53,056 bases of DNA from a virus (taxonomy: Duplodnaviria > Caudoviricetes): the IMG/VR virus record IMGVR_UViG_3300016478_000076, positions 1-53,056 of that record. The stretch is one strand, 5' to 3'. The position numbers were made by a program, and so were the translations under genes. How positions within the stretch are numbered: position 1 is the stretch's first letter; every line of letters begins with the position of its first letter. The notes below the pieces were generated by a model, which saw nothing but the letters and a program-made list of their open reading frames with translations, did not search any database and was not told the origin of the DNA. Below are positions 20,896-29,890 of this stretch, one piece after another.

Positions 20896-20904
20896 ACGGG
20901 AGAC

Positions 20905-20940
20905 AAAAAAGACCCTCTAACCCAACTAAGGGTTAGAGGA
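20905..20940 (-). terminator. Intrinsic terminator
   Basis: CCTCTAACCC-TTAGTT-GGGTTAGAGG followed by a T tract on the minus strand. Confidence 0.8.
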
Positions 20941-21090
20941 TTAAATACCATATATTGTGCATGAATAAAATATTATTATCATAATTGGATATACTACAAT
21001 AATAATGTGATCAAATTAAAATAAATTACCATTCGCTAAATTTTGTTGAAATTAAGAGCGAATAAAAAAATAAGTTAACATTTATTACAA

Positions 21091-21612
21091 TTATAACCAG
21101 CTTGGTGTCTTACTTTGAACTTTGATAGAAGTATGAGGTTTGATTGGAGCTTTTCCATTTTCATACATAGGCTGTCCGTCTGGAGAAATACCAACTTTCT
21201 TAGGATAAGTAGCAAATCCTTCTTTAACTTCTTTCTTAGAAAGAAATACGTTAGAAGTTTCTCTTCCACCTAGAGGAAGTTTTCTTCCAGTTTCGATATA
21301 AGTGTTGATAAACTCTTTAGAGATATCAACCATAGCCTGTGCTTCAGACTTTTTGAAAGTATGATCTTCCATAATCTTAGCAGCTTCATCTTTAGTTACT
21401 CCTACAGATGATGCTATTACAGATGAGCACATTTCTCTTGCTGCTTGAGAAGGACAAAAAGTTCCTACTACACCTGACTTATCGTATACATCCACTGAAT
21501 ACTCTTTGTCATTAAGCATAGCTCTCATTACTCTTTCTTCATCCTTAGCAGATGCTGATTGTTGTGACAAGTTGTCTTTAATGTCTTTTAATAAATCTTT
21601 AACTTGACTCAT
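21091..21612 (-). CDS. HU/IHF/TF1-like DNA-binding protein with N-terminal extension
   Basis: C-terminal half FKKSEAQAMVDISKEFINTYIETGRKLPLGG...beta-arm...IKPHTSIKV aligns by eye to the HU pattern. Confidence 0.5.
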   Translation of the reverse strand: MSQVKDLLKDIKDNLSQQSASAKDEERVMRAMLNDKEYSVDVYDKSGVVGTFCPSQAAREMCSSVIASSVGVTKDEAAKIMEDHTFKKSEAQAMVDISKEFINTYIETGRKLPLGGRETSNVFLSKKEVKEGFATYPKKVGISPDGQPMYENGKAPIKPHTSIKVQSKTPSWL

Positions 21613-21680
21613 TTTAATCTCTCCTTTTTTTGATATAAAATAATATAAGAATAAACTCTCATATTTGTATTATAATAAAG

Positions 21681-21824
21681 TTATTGGTGTAATAACTTAT
21701 TATCAAAGTAAAATGGTGATACTGGTTTAGGTTTTTGTCCTTTCTGAATTATATAATCTTGTAATTCAGCATAGGTCATTTTAGTTAATTCTTGTATGAA
21801 TTGTACTGTTTTTTCATCTTTCAT
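21681..21824 (-). CDS. 47-aa small protein MKDEKTVQFIQELTKMTYAELQDYIIQKGQKPKPVSPFYFDNKLLHQ
   Basis: SD AAGGAGG 7 nt before the ATG; upstream promoters AACG-N6-TA and AACA-N6-TA; not in the ORF track. Confidence 0.75.
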   Translation of the reverse strand: MKDEKTVQFIQELTKMTYAELQDYIIQKGQKPKPVSPFYFDNKLLHQ

Positions 21825-21925
21825 GCTAATTCCTCCTTTTCAGCATCAATCATTACTATAACGTTATATGGTAATTAATAATATATTTTTACCACTATAG
21901 CATTTGGTTTAATTACGACTCAGTG

Positions 21926-21951
21926 TATTATATTGTTAAAACACAATAATA
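21926..21951. promoter_or_regulatory. Back-to-back divergent late-type promoters
   Basis: AACAATATAATA (minus, 21937-21926) and AACACAATAATA (plus, 21940-21951). Confidence 0.65.
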
Positions 21952-21981
21952 AAATATAATGAAGAAAGAAGGTTTTTAATT

Positions 21982-22518
21982 ATGGCTATATTTGGTAATA
22001 GCGTAACAAACCCTAGAGTATATATAGGTATGTCATCTGTATTAGAAAAATATGATTGGTTGAAAGATACCGATGCTTTAAATGTTTTATCAGAGGCAGA
22101 ATTTAATGTTAGAGCAGACCAGACAGTAAAAGACTTTACTAGAGATGCAGAAAATTATCTATTAAATGTAAAGACTTCTAAAGATAAAAAACAATCTTTA
22201 GCACAAGGTTATGCTCTTGCAAGTTTAGGTCTATATATTGTAGGTGCTTTTACTTTAGCAATTCCACTAGTAGGTATATTAGCACTAGTGGCTGCTTTAG
22301 TAACATCTATAATTAGTATAGTTCATGCTGTAGGTGTTGCTAATGATATAAAGAAGTTAAAAGATTTAAAACTTCAAGCTATTAGAGTTAGAGGTAAAGT
22401 TAAAGATAAAAAAGATGCTGATCAATTACAATTCATTATAGATATGATTGATCATGAAGTGGATGGGTTCTATAGAGACCAACCTAATAGAAATGTAAAT
22501 TATAACTACAACTTTTAA
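21982..22518 (+). CDS. Putative virion protein with a hydrophobic hairpin
   Basis: MAIFG start, VLSE-A site, ~45-aa hydrophobic stretch, late promoter. Confidence 0.6.
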   Translation: MAIFGNSVTNPRVYIGMSSVLEKYDWLKDTDALNVLSEAEFNVRADQTVKDFTRDAENYLLNVKTSKDKKQSLAQGYALASLGLYIVGAFTLAIPLVGILALVAALVTSIISIVHAVGVANDIKKLKDLKLQAIRVRGKVKDKKDADQLQFIIDMIDHEVDGFYRDQPNRNVNYNYNF

Positions 22519-22562
22519 TTAAACGCTATATGGGTATATTGCCCATATAGCTTTACTCTTGC

Positions 22563-22574
22563 AACAAATCATTA
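22563..22574 (+). promoter_or_regulatory. Late-type promoter AACA-N6-TA, preceded by the hairpin at 22525-22551
   Basis: AACAAATCATTA, then SD AAGGAGG and ATG at 22592. Confidence 0.7.
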
Positions 22575-22591
22575 AAGAAGGAGGCGATATT

Positions 22592-25500
22592 ATGATTTAT
22601 TTGGAGGAGTTAAAGAATCTTATAATATATAAGAAACCTATTCACTTGCCAATTAATTTAGAAGACAAACGTAAAGGTAGTGCTATCTTATTACTTAGCC
22701 CTAATATAAAATCATCTATAAATACTATTAATAATCCGATGTTTATTAATAAATATCATAATGGTTATTATATAGAGAAAGACATAACTCATTTTATAAA
22801 CTCTCAAGGCATATCTGAATCAGTATTAGAATGTGCTAATATATTAGAGGGTGGTAAATATGATATCTCTAAGATGATAGATGATAATATAGTTACAGAG
22901 AACTATATATCAGTTCCACATCCAGAAGGTGGAAGAACTCTAATACTATTCAATGATAGACTTGGAATAGAAGAGTCTATACAAGAAGGCTCTATAGAGC
23001 ATGATAAACTTCTAAGAAAGATTCTATATAGTGAAAGGTTTAGAAAACCTAAAGAGATATTTATTATACATGATAAGATTAAAGAATCTTGTCCTATAAT
23101 AAATAAGACTTATATCCAATATGAAAAATATAAAGGATATAATATCTTTGTTGATTTCTATTATTATAATGAAGCTTTCTTTAAGAATAATATGCTTAAG
23201 CTTAATAAAGGTTTAGACTTATACTTTGATTTTATTACAAGATTCTTTAATGATACTAGATTAGCAGATAACGGATATACTAAGAAGACTATATTTGTTC
23301 CTGTAGATGATTGGTCTAAAATCATTAAAGATGTTAATATAGAAAAGTATACTGAGACTATAAACCCTATATCAATTATATATAGACTTATTCAAACAGA
23401 TTTAGAAAGACTTAAAGCTGGTTGGAAAGATACACCTTTCTTATTCTATGGACCTGGAGGATATTTTACTATAAACTTCAATAATATAGAGAAGAAAGAT
23501 TTAAATAAGTTTATGACTTTGATTAATAGAATTATAGACCCAAATAATACTCCAGATGAAAATGATAATAGAGAATCAAATAAGTCTCTCGTAGCTACTG
23601 TAATAGATAAGATAGAGACAGATAATAATATTAAAATCAATAATCTTACTGGAACAGGTACTACCACTAAGGACGCTGTTGTAAAACGTATAGAAGATGC
23701 TGCTGTAACTTCTAAGTCTGCTACAGAGCTTGAAGAGCAAATAGAGAAAGATGAGAAGTTAAAACAATTACTTCTAGATGTAAATGATATAGAAGATAAT
23801 ACTGTTAAAATCAGTGCAGCGAGATCTAAAAGAAACTCTCAATTAAAAGAAGAACTAAAAAAGAAAACTCTTAACGATAAACCTATAGAGAAGATTCTAA
23901 ATGATGTTTATGTAAATAAACCTATAGAACCTCTAAAGCTTGAAGGTAGAGTAGATACTATCAATGAAGAATGGAATGAATTAAGGTCTACTAACTTTGG
24001 TAATGATAATGAAATGATTGGTGCTCAGATAATGGCATTTATGAATGAATTATCTGATGATAATAAATCTAATCCAATATTTATCAGAAACGTAGAAGTA
24101 GTAGACAATTCTACAAGTGAAGATTATATAAGTACTTATATATTTGAGCTTGAAGATAATAATGGTAAGAGATTTACTGTTAAGATGAATATTCCTGAGT
24201 TGGTTGATGGTAAATTCTTAATGCTTAAAGGTAATAAGAAGAGTATCAATGGTCAATGGATGTTACTTCCAGTTGTTAAGACTGGTCCAGATACAGTACA
24301 GATAGTATCTAATTACAATAAGATGTTTATATCTAGATTTGGACCTCGTGGTTATGTAGTATCTGATAGATTGATTAAAGCTTTAAATAAGATAGATATA
24401 ACCCATAAGAGTATAGAGATTAAAAATGGTGATTGTACTAAGGCTAATATCTCTTATGAATTACCGATAGACTATGTAGAGTTAGCAGAGAACTATTCTA
24501 ATATTAGAGTTGGTAAAACTACTCTATACTTTAATCAGAAAGACTTTAGAGCTAAATTTAAAGATAAGATTAAAGATAAGAAAGATTCTTTCCCTATAGG
24601 ATATGATGGTAAGGATATTATATATTGTAAATATGATGAAACTTATAGTGAAGTTTTATTAAAGATATTAGTAGAGAATGATCCTAAGTTCCAAGCTCTA
24701 TATGATGAGACTAAACCTGCTAAGAAATATCAATATTCTAAGGTAAGTATACTTAATAACGAGATTCCTCTTGTAGTAGTTGTAGCTTTCAGTGAAGGTT
24801 TACAAGTAGTATTAAAGAAAGCAGCTATTAAGTATTATATATCTGATACTAGACCTAATATAGATAAGAATAAACAAGATGTTATTAAATTCAATGATGG
24901 ATATCTTGTATATAATGTAACGTATGAATCTTCTCTATTAATGAATGGTCTTAAGGAGTGTAATACAGAAGACTATAGTATCAAAGATATAGATAATATG
25001 TCTATGTATTTAGATTTCTTAGATAAGTTTGGTGGACGTATATTAGCCGATGGTTTAGAGAATTTCTACGAGCAAATGATAGATTCTAGAACCAAGGCGG
25101 TATTAGAATATTATAATATGCCTACAGATTATGTACAACTTTTATTATATGCTTCAGATACTCTAGCAGATACTAAGTATAGTAGACATACTGATATGAA
25201 TACTGTTAGATATAGAAACGTTAATGAGATTGTAGCTGCATGTGCATATAAATCTATTGCTAGAAGCTATGGTCAATATAAGACTGAGTTAAAAAGAAGA
25301 CGTAAGGATGTTAAGTTTACTATGGATGAGAATGCTGCTGTAAAAGAGTTACTTACTCTTAATATTACAGCCGATGTATCTGACTTATCTCCAGTACTAG
25401 AAGCAGAGACTATAAATACAGTATCTTATAGAGGACCAAGTGGTATGAATAGTGAAAGAGCTTATAGTATAGATAAACGTAGATTCGATCCTTCTATGGT

Positions 25501-26875
25501 TAACCTTGTAGCTCTAAGTACTCCTCAGGGTCCTGGTATTGGTATTAATAGACAAACTACTATAGATATGAATATAGAAGGTTCTCTAGGATTAATTAAG
25601 ACTACCAATAACCCAGAAGATATAAATGTTACTAAGTCATTATCTATGTCAGAGGCTCTTACAGTATTTGGAGTTAATCATGATGACCCTCCAAGAACTT
25701 CTATGAACTTATCTCAGATAAAACATATGATGAGAGTATATGATGCAGATCCATGTCTAGTTACTACTGGAGCAGATGAAGCTTTACCTTATATGCTAAG
25801 TAATACTTTCTCTCATAAAGCTGCTGATGATGGAGTTATAGAGGAACTTACTGAAGATTATATGATAATCAAGTATAAGAATAAAGATCCAGAGTTTGTA
25901 GATCTTAGAACTAAGATTAGAAAGAACTCTTCTGCTGGTATCTATATTAATATTAAATTAGTTCCAAATGTTAAGAAGGGTGATAAGGTTAAAGCTAATG
26001 ATATTGTAGCTTATGACCCATTTAGTTATTCTTCTAAATCTGGACCTAATGATAATATAGCTCTTACTATTGGACCTATGATTAAGGTAGCTCTATTAAA
26101 TAATGATGATGGATTTGAGGATTCTGTTATTGTATCTGATAGATTGTGTAATAGAATGGCTACCGATGTAATAATCAAAAAAGAAAAAGCTGTTGGTAAG
26201 AATGCTAATATCTATAATATGGTTAAAGCTGGACAATCTATCCAAGAGGGTGAATCTTTAGTCGTAGTACAAAATAGTTTTGATGAAGAAGATGTAAACT
26301 TCTTGCTTAAGAATCTTGTAGATGACGAAGGAGAAGTTACAGACCTAGGAAGAACTCCTACTAAGTCAAAATATACTGGTACTGTAGAGAAGGTAAACCT
26401 AGTTAGAACTGTTGAGTTAGAGGAATTATCTCCTACTCTAAAGAAAGCTGTCATGGAATCTGAGAAAGAGACAAAAAAATTAAAAGCTATAATGAAGAAG
26501 TATGATATCAAACATGCTAATAGATTTGAAGAGTCTGACTATAAGCTAGATCCTACAGGAAGATTAAAGAATGCTAGAGATGGAGTTCTTATAGAATTCT
26601 ATATTAGATATAAAGATATTATGTCTGTTGGAGATAAGCTTACATTCTTTATAGCAGTTAAAGGTATAGTAAAAGATATATTCCCTATAGGTCAAGAACC
26701 ATATACTGACTTTAGACCTGAAGAGAAGATAGATGCTTTTGCTACATTTGGTTCTATAGATGCTAGACAGACACCTTCTTATAAGCTACATGCTGCTTCT
26801 AATAAAGTTGCTATAGAATTAGCTAGAAAGGTAAGAGATATCTTAGGAGTTAAGTTAGATGATGAATTTAAATAA
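22592..26875 (+). CDS. Phage multisubunit RNA polymerase beta subunit, probably the virion RNAP
   Basis: Beta motifs: IPELVDGKFLMLKG, GPSGMNSERA, STPQGPGIG, HDDPPRTSM, DGFEDSVIVS, GDKL....KGIV. SD places the start at 22592; late promoter. Confidence 0.92.
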   Translation: MIYLEELKNLIIYKKPIHLPINLEDKRKGSAILLLSPNIKSSINTINNPMFINKYHNGYYIEKDITHFINSQGISESVLECANILEGGKYDISKMIDDNIVTENYISVPHPEGGRTLILFNDRLGIEESIQEGSIEHDKLLRKILYSERFRKPKEIFIIHDKIKESCPIINKTYIQYEKYKGYNIFVDFYYYNEAFFKNNMLKLNKGLDLYFDFITRFFNDTRLADNGYTKKTIFVPVDDWSKIIKDVNIEKYTETINPISIIYRLIQTDLERLKAGWKDTPFLFYGPGGYFTINFNNIEKKDLNKFMTLINRIIDPNNTPDENDNRESNKSLVATVIDKIETDNNIKINNLTGTGTTTKDAVVKRIEDAAVTSKSATELEEQIEKDEKLKQLLLDVNDIEDNTVKISAARSKRNSQLKEELKKKTLNDKPIEKILNDVYVNKPIEPLKLEGRVDTINEEWNELRSTNFGNDNEMIGAQIMAFMNELSDDNKSNPIFIRNVEVVDNSTSEDYISTYIFELEDNNGKRFTVKMNIPELVDGKFLMLKGNKKSINGQWMLLPVVKTGPDTVQIVSNYNKMFISRFGPRGYVVSDRLIKALNKIDITHKSIEIKNGDCTKANISYELPIDYVELAENYSNIRVGKTTLYFNQKDFRAKFKDKIKDKKDSFPIGYDGKDIIYCKYDETYSEVLLKILVENDPKFQALYDETKPAKKYQYSKVSILNNEIPLVVVVAFSEGLQVVLKKAAIKYYISDTRPNIDKNKQDVIKFNDGYLVYNVTYESSLLMNGLKECNTEDYSIKDIDNMSMYLDFLDKFGGRILADGLENFYEQMIDSRTKAVLEYYNMPTDYVQLLLYASDTLADTKYSRHTDMNTVRYRNVNEIVAACAYKSIARSYGQYKTELKRRRKDVKFTMDENAAVKELLTLNITADVSDLSPVLEAETINTVSYRGPSGMNSERAYSIDKRRFDPSMVNLVALSTPQGPGIGINRQTTIDMNIEGSLGLIKTTNNPEDINVTKSLSMSEALTVFGVNHDDPPRTSMNLSQIKHMMRVYDADPCLVTTGADEALPYMLSNTFSHKAADDGVIEELTEDYMIIKYKNKDPEFVDLRTKIRKNSSAGIYINIKLVPNVKKGDKVKANDIVAYDPFSYSSKSGPNDNIALTIGPMIKVALLNNDDGFEDSVIVSDRLCNRMATDVIIKKEKAVGKNANIYNMVKAGQSIQEGESLVVVQNSFDEEDVNFLLKNLVDDEGEVTDLGRTPTKSKYTGTVEKVNLVRTVELEELSPTLKKAVMESEKETKKLKAIMKKYDIKHANRFEESDYKLDPTGRLKNARDGVLIEFYIRYKDIMSVGDKLTFFIAVKGIVKDIFPIGQEPYTDFRPEEKIDAFATFGSIDARQTPSYKLHAASNKVAIELARKVRDILGVKLDDEFK

Positions 26876-27224
26876 AAAAATAAAGATGACAAGTCATAAT
26901 ATTAGACTCGGTAAAACACCTGGAATAAAATATATATGGAAAGATGGAGAAACAGTTATTGCCGAGTTTACAGTTTTTGATTGGTGGGATGGGAAAAATA
27001 TTGAAAATTTAAAAATTAATCCTGCTTATCGTAAACGTGGTTTGTCTTATGAACTATTGGATTATGCTGTAAAAACTTTAAATGTAAACTCTTTAGCTGT
27101 AGCCAAAGATAATCATATAGCAAAACATGTATATGATAAGTATGGTTTTAAGAAAACAGATGAAGATTCAGAATACTATTATATGAGTATAAATCCATCA
27201 AAAGTATTAACAGATAAAAAATAA
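26859..27224 (+). CDS. GNAT acetyltransferase
   Basis: INPAYRKRGLS acetyl-CoA motif A and N..A..VY.K.GF motif. Confidence 0.85.
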   Translation: MMNLNKKIKMTSHNIRLGKTPGIKYIWKDGETVIAEFTVFDWWDGKNIENLKINPAYRKRGLSYELLDYAVKTLNVNSLAVAKDNHIAKHVYDKYGFKKTDEDSEYYYMSINPSKVLTDKK

Positions 27225-27259
27225 AGATGTAGGCATTATGCCTACATCTCTTTTATTTT
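27217..27259. terminator. Bidirectional intrinsic terminator
   Basis: AGATGTAGGC-ATTAT-GCCTACATCT flanked by A/T tracts. Confidence 0.8.
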
Positions 27260-27676
27260 CTTTACTTTACATACCAAATATTTCTGGTATTCTTTATTAG
27301 TTAAAATTCTCATTTGACATTGCTCAATTATACCTTCAAGCAACATCTCATGCATTTCTCCATCCATACCATATAAACAAGTATCATTAATGATACTTAC
27401 TAGCTGTAACATCTTTTGATTTTCTTCAGAGAAATTTTCAAATTTCTCAAAGAATAACTGAGCTTCTGTAGTAAGCTCAAGAAATAATACTTCTTCAGAA
27501 TCTATACGTTTTAATAACGCTTTAGCCTCTTGGTTAATATATTTTCTTGCTAAGTTAGTAACGACATAATCTTTGTCATTACAATATTTATTTATTTCAT
27601 TTATAAGATTATCAATGAAAACTTTTAACTCTTTTCTAACCTCGTTATTGTTTACTGTCATTTCGAATTTTTTCAT
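27242..27676 (-). CDS. Hypothetical early protein
   Basis: SD GGAGG favours ATG at 27676; early promoter at 27732-27742. Confidence 0.75.
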   Translation of the reverse strand: MKKFEMTVNNNEVRKELKVFIDNLINEINKYCNDKDYVVTNLARKYINQEAKALLKRIDSEEVLFLELTTEAQLFFEKFENFSEENQKMLQLVSIINDTCLYGMDGEMHEMLLEGIIEQCQMRILTNKEYQKYLVCKVKKIKEM

Positions 27677-27731
27677 AATTAAAACCTCCAAGTTTATATT
27701 TTTAAGAACCAGAATTAGTTCTTATTCACAG

Positions 27732-27786
27732 TTATAATATATCATTAATTTCATTAAGTTTTACAATTATATATTATATAATTGAA
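27732..27786. promoter_or_regulatory. Divergent early-type promoters
   Basis: ATATATTATAACTGTGAATAA (minus, from 27742) and ATATATTATATAATTGAA (plus, from 27769). Confidence 0.65.
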
Positions 27787-27803
27787 AGAGAGGTGATTAT
27801 TCA

Positions 27804-28310
27804 ATGTCTAAACAAGAACCAGTTGAACCTTTTGTAATCGAGGAATGGAAAAGTATTCCTCCAGATAATTATTACCATATCAGTAATACTGGAAAAGTAA
27901 GATATGGCGTTCACAATTTTACAGATGTAGAGGTAAAGGTAAATAAGAATGGATATCCTTATTTTATTATGGGTACTTTTCCAGATAGTCAAGTAGCAAA
28001 ACCACATGATTTAATAATGGAATTGTTTGAACCTTATCCAGAAGTCTACGATGCTAGTAATTATTATGTAGGATTTAAAGATGATAATCCTAGTAATTTA
28101 ATGATTACTAATTTAAAACCTATTAAGAGAGCTAAAAAGTTCTCTAAGGAAAGAGTAAAGGTAAGAGATACTATAGAGAATGAATACATCTGGTTTGATA
28201 ACTATAAAGATGTAGCTGCATATGTAGGTTGTACTCTTAAATTCCTTAAGAAGTTTGCAGAAAATAGAGAAGATTTTTGTGTAAATGGATGTTGGGTAAA
28301 CTTTAAATAG
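27804..28310 (+). CDS. NUMOD4/HNH-like protein with a degenerate active site and a C-terminal HTH
   Basis: EEWKSI....YHISNTGKVR (NUMOD4), HDLIMELF, VGFKDDNPSNL...NL in place of VNHKDGNK.NN, and F...KDVA.YVG (NUMOD1-like). Confidence 0.7.
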   Translation: MSKQEPVEPFVIEEWKSIPPDNYYHISNTGKVRYGVHNFTDVEVKVNKNGYPYFIMGTFPDSQVAKPHDLIMELFEPYPEVYDASNYYVGFKDDNPSNLMITNLKPIKRAKKFSKERVKVRDTIENEYIWFDNYKDVAAYVGCTLKFLKKFAENREDFCVNGCWVNFK

Positions 28311-28342
28311 ACAATATTTTTGTAAATTTATACAGTTTTACT

Positions 28343-28670
28343 AACATCCCCTTAAGGGGAACCGTTTACGGATAACCCCCAAGACAATCCACTAAGAAAA
28401 CCCACAAAACCAGTAACTCGATAAAAAATAGATCTAAAACTTAATTAACATAAACCAACTACTCAATACACAGACGAATAAAAAACACTAATTAAAATTA
28501 AATAAATTTCCGTTCCCCTCGACAACCAACAGCCTTTTAGATCTTTTCCCGAAGGGAAAACGACACTTATTTAGATTTTAGAGATTTTTAAATCCCTAAA
28601 CGAACTACTAGGTATTGTAAGGAACACCCTACCCCGAAAAACGGGTGTTTAAAAACAGGGTTTTAGAGAG
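28343..28670. other. Structured, strand-skewed non-coding locus (candidate ncRNA, origin or packaging site)
   Basis: No ORF; late promoter at 28343-28354; multiple inverted repeats; strongly A/C-rich plus strand. Confidence 0.5.
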
Positions 28671-28685
28671 AAAAGAGGTAAAAAT

Positions 28686-28970
28686 ATGAATACAATAAGT
28701 AAATCTTATTATCAATTACTAAGAGAAGACTATGACATAGATAGAATGAATAAGATATTAGACAATATAAAAAGAACTTATACATTATCTAGAAATACTA
28801 TTATATCAAAACCAGAAATACACAATAATTTAAAATTAATATCTATTGCTATAAATTTTAATAATGCATTAAATAGAAATAGAAGAAGATATATAAACGC
28901 TATTACTGAATATGACGGAGATATTATAAATATTATTAATTCTAAAGGAGAGATTATACATGTTGAATAG
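28686..28970 (+). CDS. Hypothetical protein (94 aa), paralog of the downstream gene
   Basis: SD GAGGT; shares ILD.IK..YTLSRN.IISK.E with the next ORF. Confidence 0.7.
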   Translation: MNTISKSYYQLLREDYDIDRMNKILDNIKRTYTLSRNTIISKPEIHNNLKLISIAINFNNALNRNRRRYINAITEYDGDIINIINSKGEIIHVE

Positions 28971-29136
28971 TACTTATTATATAGAGAGATTAGTAAGACA
29001 AGGTAATGGAATATTAGATACAATAAAGACATCTAATAATTATACATTATCTAGAAATAATATAATATCAAAGAATGAAGTACAAAGCAGTATAGAAGCA
29101 TATAGAGAATTTGAATTATCTTTAATATGGTATTAA
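28960..29136 (+). CDS. 58-aa paralog MLNSTYYIERLVRQGNGILDTIKTSNNYTLSRNNIISKNEVQSSIEAYREFELSLIWY
   Basis: SD AAGGAG; not in the ORF track; 20-nt identity 28778-28797 = 29040-29059. Confidence 0.7.
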   Translation: MLNSTYYIERLVRQGNGILDTIKTSNNYTLSRNNIISKNEVQSSIEAYREFELSLIWY

Positions 29137-29149
29137 AATAAAACAGTAT

Positions 29150-29190
29150 TGGAGTATCCTTAAAGGATACTCCATTTCTTTTATTTTTTT
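29150..29190. terminator. Terminator between convergent genes
   Basis: TGGAGTATCCT-TAA-AGGATACTCCA plus T tract. Confidence 0.8.
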
Positions 29191-29408
29191 ATCTTTTTAT
29201 TAAAACATCTACTAAACTCCGAATCAACTGCAGTAATTCTAATTACACAATCTCTTTCATCTATTCTACCTACTAAGAAATCATTAAATATCTCAGCTAC
29301 TCTAGATTTAAACTCTTTATATACTGCAGGAGTATATTCATCTCTATATTTAGCTAGAAGATTTTCAATCTTATCTTTTACATTTACAGAAGCATTAATT
29401 ATACCCAT
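29181..29408 (-). CDS. Hypothetical protein (75 aa)
   Basis: ORF coupled to the upstream gene. Confidence 0.7.
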   Translation of the reverse strand: MGIINASVNVKDKIENLLAKYRDEYTPAVYKEFKSRVAEIFNDFLVGRIDERDCVIRITAVDSEFSRCFNKKIKK

Positions 29409-29409
29409 A

Positions 29410-29763
29410 TTATCTCACCAATACCTTTCCATTACTAAATGTCTCAATTTCTTTTTGCATACCAGGAGTCAAACCACTATCTAATATAAGAACCTTATCA
29501 CAATATTCTTCTAGTTCATATCTAGCAGTCTTTAACTTATCTCTATATTCTTCTACACTCTTAGCCTTTATATAGAATTCATGATTCTTAAAAGTATTCA
29601 ACATCATAGATATACTTTCATTCACCCCTAGATATTTAACTAAATCTGGAGGCATAAATAACGATACAAACTCACACCCTGGATAATCTTTCATTACTTG
29701 TAACATCTGTCTTTTAACTTCAAATAGATCTGAAATTGCAGAAAATACCACTTTAAATTTCAT
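29410..29763 (-). CDS. Hypothetical protein (117 aa)
   Basis: SD AAGGAGGTG; variant promoter AACT-N6-TA upstream. Confidence 0.75.
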   Translation of the reverse strand: MKFKVVFSAISDLFEVKRQMLQVMKDYPGCEFVSLFMPPDLVKYLGVNESISMMLNTFKNHEFYIKAKSVEEYRDKLKTARYELEEYCDKVLILDSGLTPGMQKEIETFSNGKVLVR

Positions 29764-29850
29764 TTAATAAACACCTCCTTATAGTTTAATTACCCTATAT
29801 ACTTTACTATAAAGTTCTAACCATTCCAAGTACATTTATACCAATATAGA

Positions 29851-29862
29851 AACATTATCATA
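29851..29862 (+). promoter_or_regulatory. Late-type promoter AACA-N6-TA
   Basis: AACATTATCATA. Confidence 0.7.
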
Positions 29863-29890
29863 ATATCCTACAATAAGGAGGTGTATATAG

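Noticed and set aside
22592-26875. Intron or intein in the RNAP gene, as occurs in AR9-like phages
   Set aside because: Frame is uninterrupted and no intein C...HN-C/S/T block was seen.
28356-28528. tmRNA-like start GGGGAACCGTTTACGGAT and a downstream ACCA
   Set aside because: No TTCGAC after GGA, no T-arm (GGTTCGA), no CCA directly after the acceptor-like stem, and too short.
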